The position numbers and the translations under genes are program-made. The notes under the pieces are model-generated. The model was not told the DNA's origin and made no database searches. It saw only the letters and a program-made list of their open reading frames with translations. DNA of 41,797 bases from Welwitschia mirabilis (lineage: Eukaryota), in assembly GCA_051453625.1 (NCBI GenBank), contig JBOZIK010000001.1, forward strand, positions 27,062,628 through 27,104,424, in the 5' to 3' direction. This document shows, piece by piece, positions 37,258-41,797 of the stretch. The first letter of the stretch is position 1, and every line of letters starts with the position of its first letter.

Positions 37258-40200
37258 ATTAGCTGACTCAATAATGGGTGTGGAATTTAGTTTTTCTTTA
37301 ATTTATTCAAAGGAATAATCCTTGCTTACAAGGTTACATAAAGGTTTAGATATTTTACTTAAATACTTAATAAATCATCTATAATATCCTGTATGCCCTA
37401 AGAAAGATCGAATCTCTTTTTTTTCTAAGGGTCTGTAGGTATGTGATCAATGAGATCTTAGTAGGATCTACTTAAATTTCTTCCTTAGAGATAACATGTT
37501 CTAAAAATATACCTTGGTTTACCACAAAATGGCATTTCTTCTAGTTAAATACAAGGCATTTTTTAATACATCTTTCAAGGACACAATCTAAGTTTTTCAA
37601 AAAATGATTAAATGAGTTTTCATAAATAGAAAAGTAATTTATGAATGTTTTATCACTTAAATCTAATAAGTTGAAGAATATTTTCAACATGTTATAGTGG
37701 AAAGTGGCAAGTGCATTGCATAGGCCAAAGGATATTCATTTGTAAGAAAATGTTCCATATGAGTAAGTGAAGGTGATTTTTTCTTAATCTTTGGAAGTAA
37801 TTTCAATCTATTTGTAACCTAAGGAATCACTCGAGAAATAGTAAAAAGGCTATGATTTATTTTAAAATTTAATCTATAAAAGGAAGAGGGTAATGATCTT
37901 TCTTAGACATAGCATTTAATTTTCTATAATCAATACACATCTCCCATTTTATGGTAGGTTTGGTAAAGTCAATTTCATTATGCTTGCTAGGAATAAGGGT
38001 AATTTCTGATTTCTTTACTATAGTATGCATTGAACTAACCCACTTGCTATCTAAAATAGGGTAGATACTCCTATTATCAAGAATTTTAATTACCTCATTT
38101 TCAATAATTTCCATCATAGTTGGGTTTATCCTATGTTGTGCTTCAATGGATGGTTTAGCATTTTCCTATAAAAAGATATGGTGCATGTAAATACTAAGGT
38201 TAACACCTCTAATATTAGAGAGGATTTATCTTATTATTGTTTATACGTTCTTAAAAGTATAAGTAATTGATCTTCTTCAAACGGATTCAAGGAAGAGTTT
38301 ATGACTATCAAGAAGCTGGAGTTATCCCCTAAGAAAGAATATTTCAGATATTTAGATAAGGGTCTAAGTTTTAAGTCAACTTTATTTTAGGCTATGAAGC
38401 ATGTTTCTTGAGATTATTCAATTTCATCATTTTTGGAAGTATGAGAATTGGATTTTTTATCCTCAATAAGGCCTTCTATCCTATCTATGGATTCTATGCC
38501 TTTTTCATTTAATGGCAACTTTATAGCATTAAAGACATTTAGCTCTATGGTCATGTTTATAAATGAAATTTTCATTAATCCATTCCTATAACTGATTAAG
38601 GCATTTGAGGCTACTAAAAATGTCTTCCTAATATGATCGACACTATTTAATTTGATGATTTCTTCATGTATGAAATCACAAAGTCTATTAGAAAGTAACA
38701 ACTATCTACTCTAACTATGACATCCTCGATGACTCTTAATGGTATATTAAGAGAGTTATTTACTAATTGGAGTTGAAGCTTTATGTTTTTAAGTTCTTCC
38801 AAGCCTAACTCCTTATAGGATTTATAAGGGAGTAAGTTTATTAGCTCCTAAATCCAATAAGGCTTGGTTGAGAGTTTTGTTACCTAAGGTAATGGTAATT
38901 ATAGCACACCTAGCATATTTATACTTTAGTGGGAACTAGTACTATAGAATCACACTCATTTACTAAGCTAAAAAGGCTTTAGATATAATTTTCATTTACC
39001 TTTTTATAGTGCATAAGTCCTTAAGGAATTTAGCATAGGAAGGGACTTATTTAATGACTTCTAGAAGAGGAATGTTTATTTTAATTTTTTTGGAAATTTT
39101 TTAGGGCCTTTAATCAATTTTTCATCATATTTTCCTTCCTAGGCTATTGGGAAAAGGGCAACGATTCTTTGCAGATAGGTAATGGGTCTTCACTCTTATT
39201 CATTTTCTTATTTTCTATGGGGCTTTATTTATACTTAGGCTTATTTTGTATGGGTGGATTTTCTAGCCCTTTCCTTCTCCTAAGGTGTATAAACTTAATC
39301 TCTTATAGGTGTTCTACCCCTTCTATGAATCTAATTCCTTTGAGACTTGGTTAGAAACTCATGAGAAGTCTTCCTATTTCTCTTTGAATTATTAGTAAAA
39401 TAATGTGGTTTGTGTTTTATTGGATTTAATTTAGAATATGTTCTAACATTTGATTTGTTTGTTCTTGTTTTTGATTTGTTTAATCTTGTCTTTAATTTCT
39501 TTGTTCTTATCTTTCCATGAACTTCTTAAAATCATCTAATAAGTTGGACAAACTGGTTTGATGATTTGAAGATAAAAGATAAGAATTAGAAGATGAAAGA
39601 AACAAATTTTTAGATTGAAAATTTTATTGTAGAGTATCGTCTTGATTTGCTTCTAAGAGAAATTTGGATGATTTTACCAACCATAAGTGTTTGGGTAAGG
39701 ATTATTTTTGGGATTTATTCATTATCCTACCACATTCACCTATTCATTAATAGTGTTTTAGATAAAGGTATATAAGGGCATCCAATAGTTATGAGTATCA
39801 ATATGGTATATTAAACACTAAGGTTTAGTGACCATAGGTGAGGTTGAGATTGAGGTAATTAATGATTCTAACCTTTTTTCTAATTCATCAATTTTGTTAT
39901 TTGTTTTAAAGTTTTTTAAAATCTTGAAGATACTAGTTAACCTAAGTGGATGGTGTAATCTTGAAGGTTCTATAGGTTTCTCCCAATTTATTAATCTCTT
40001 AGCTACACTTTCTAGATACTCCCAAACATCATATAAGGGCATGCTAAGGAAATTACCATAGCTCATTATTTCCACTAGTTGGTGGTTATTTATAAATAAA
40101 CCATCATAAAAGAAACTTATCTTCCTACCTAATTCAAAATCATGTTGTGGAAATTTTAATAGTAAATCTTTATATCTCTTTAAAGATTAGGAGAACGTCT

Positions 40201-40896
40201 CGTGATTATTATATTGGAAGTTTATGATTTCTTTCCTAAGGTCGTTTGTCTTATGATTAAGAAAGAACTTAGAGATAAAGTATCTACTCAAGTCTGTCCA
40301 ATTCATAATGGAGAATGATTTCAAGATCTATAACCAAGATTTAACCTTCTCTTTCAGGAAAAAAAGAAATAAAATAAGTCTAAGTGCATCATGAATGTTG
40401 GAATAATAAGGAATGGCTAATAAGATACACTTAAATTCTTTAAGGTGTAGGTAGGAATATTTAGATTTAAGGCCATGAAAATGAGGCAAGAGTTAGATAG
40501 TGGAAGCTTTAAATTCTAGCCTTTGATTAATAGATGACAATACTATACAGGAGGGTGTCCCCAAGCTTTATAATTAAAGGTAATTATGAAGGTTTTTCCT
40601 AGGTTGATTAGTGGTTGTAGTAAGAGTAGCTCACTATTTAGCCACTTCTTAGATGAAGTAATAAGCTTGTAGTTTGATAAGGTTTAATCAAAGGGATTAA
40701 GTGGGTTATTTAGATTAATTTATTATAAGCTAGTATGATTATTTTAATTGTTTGGAGTAGTTGAAATTTGTTCTTGAGAGTCATCTTGAGCTCAATTCTC
40801 ATTTCAAGTTTTAAATTCTCTCATCCTTTTGAGATCATTAAGGGATTCCATGTTGTCTTTGGTTATCCTTTCTATTCTATCACGAGTCTAGGTCAT
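37258..40896 (-). pseudogene. gag-pol: Element F gag-pol, segment 1: gag, protease, reverse transcriptase (Athila-type)
   Basis: Start MT*TRDRI; gag TPSCIVL...LLPHFHGL..YLHLKEF; PR ALLDLGA; RT DSKWVSS...KKSEITL...WEMCIDYRKLNAMSKKDHYPLPFID; ends KLNSTPII. Confidence 0.93.
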
Positions 40897-41569
40897 GCAA
40901 GAAATAGGTTCAAATGGTTACAAAAAGATTCAAAACAATAAAAAGGAAATATTTTTAGGGATTATAAGTTTCAAGGTTTTACAAATAGATTCATTGATCA
41001 TAGATAGAATGTTTATATTATCGAGGTTATAATGAAATAAAATAGAGACGTAAATGAAATTAAGCAAAATTGTGAGAAAATTTTAAAGTCTTTAAGCATT
41101 TACAAATGTAACAAAATAAAGTTAAGAAAATAAACAATGAATGTAAGTAAAATGTTATAAGAATTATGAAAATATTTTAAGGAAACTTTAATGTTTATAT
41201 GCAAATAGAAATGTAGAAAATGTTGTAGGGGAAAAAAAGGCATATAATAAAATTATAAAGTTTAATTAGAAAATTTTTTAAAGTTCTAAATTTTTTTCCC
41301 TCTTTAAAGAAACCTACAACAAATATTAGACCTATAGAAAACAATTTAAAACATCAAAAACAATGGGGTAAAAGAACCAACTCGAGATAATACTAGAAGA
41401 ACCAGTATCAACCACTAGAAAGAAAAGGGAAAAAAACATAAAGCAAAAAAAAAAGAAAAAAGAGACCAATTTGAGTATCACTAAAATAAAGACTAGTACC
41501 ATCATTGGAAAAATAAAAACTTGCAAAAATGAAAAACTAGTTCTCCTCTAAGTTGTTATCATGTTTTTG

Positions 41570-41590
41570 TCCTTGGCAGGGGTCCTAAAA
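41570..41590 (-). promoter_or_regulatory. Degenerate tRNA-Asp-type PBS of F
   Basis: Plus strand TCCTTGGCAGGGGTCCTAAAATTTGGT resembles TCCCCGGCAACGGCGCCAAAA..TG. Confidence 0.55.
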
Positions 41591-41592
41591 TT

Positions 41593-41797
41593 TGGTTAAA
41601 TTCGTAGTATAATGTTTGGATTCAAACTAAGTACAACACATATCATTCTTCCTAAGGGATAACATTGGATATTAGCTATAATTGCACCAACTTTAATCTT
41701 TAATGCAAGTATAAAAAGAAAATAAAAGAGAAGAAGAGATGAAATTTAGAATTGGATTTGAACTTTGTATAAGAGAGTAGAGAAGCAAAATAGCTCC
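41593..41797 (-). repeat. 3' end of the 5' LTR of F (continues beyond the window)
   Basis: Inferred from its position next to the PBS and a CA terminus on the minus strand. No partner LTR is visible. Confidence 0.5.

Noticed and set aside
1..41797. Host genes, endogenous pararetrovirus, organellar insertion, or species assignment
   Set aside because: All recognisable coding remnants fit Athila or SIRE gag/pol/extra ORFs with LTR, PBS and PPT context. Nothing here lets me name the species.

Overview
AT-rich eukaryotic (plant-type) heterochromatin made almost entirely of old, nested, decayed LTR retrotransposons. I find no intact host gene, RNA gene or CRISPR array, and the short ORFs in the track are either retroelement fragments or noise. 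Reading boundaries (TG..CA ends, PPT, PBS, 5-bp TSDs) gives a Russian-doll stack. An Athila-type Ty3/gypsy element F (minus, 5' LTR at the right edge) is interrupted by a SIRE-type copia solo LTR H (36102-37257, TSD ATTAG), a full-length SIRE-type copia G (26406-36020, TSD GTTTT) and a second gypsy E (22683-25824). E is cut by Athila C (+), whose 3' LTR is split by a three-LTR, gag-protease-only Athila block D (10703-22132, TSD AATAG/AATGG). C's 3' UTR is cut by Athila B (pol + env-like ORF), and B's RNase H is cut by non-autonomous Athila A. The best second-look items are: a ~160-nt non-coding block with compatible stems kept in three Athila copies, including two that lack pol and env; a recurrent GTCGTCC/GGACGAC-type hairpin module; a similar 'env-like' domain in both the gypsy and copia elements, each paired with CG-palindrome arrays; and the three-LTR unit, which may be an assembly artefact. 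All alignments were done by eye. Boundaries of decayed ORFs are approximate, and eight N-gaps limit certainty.
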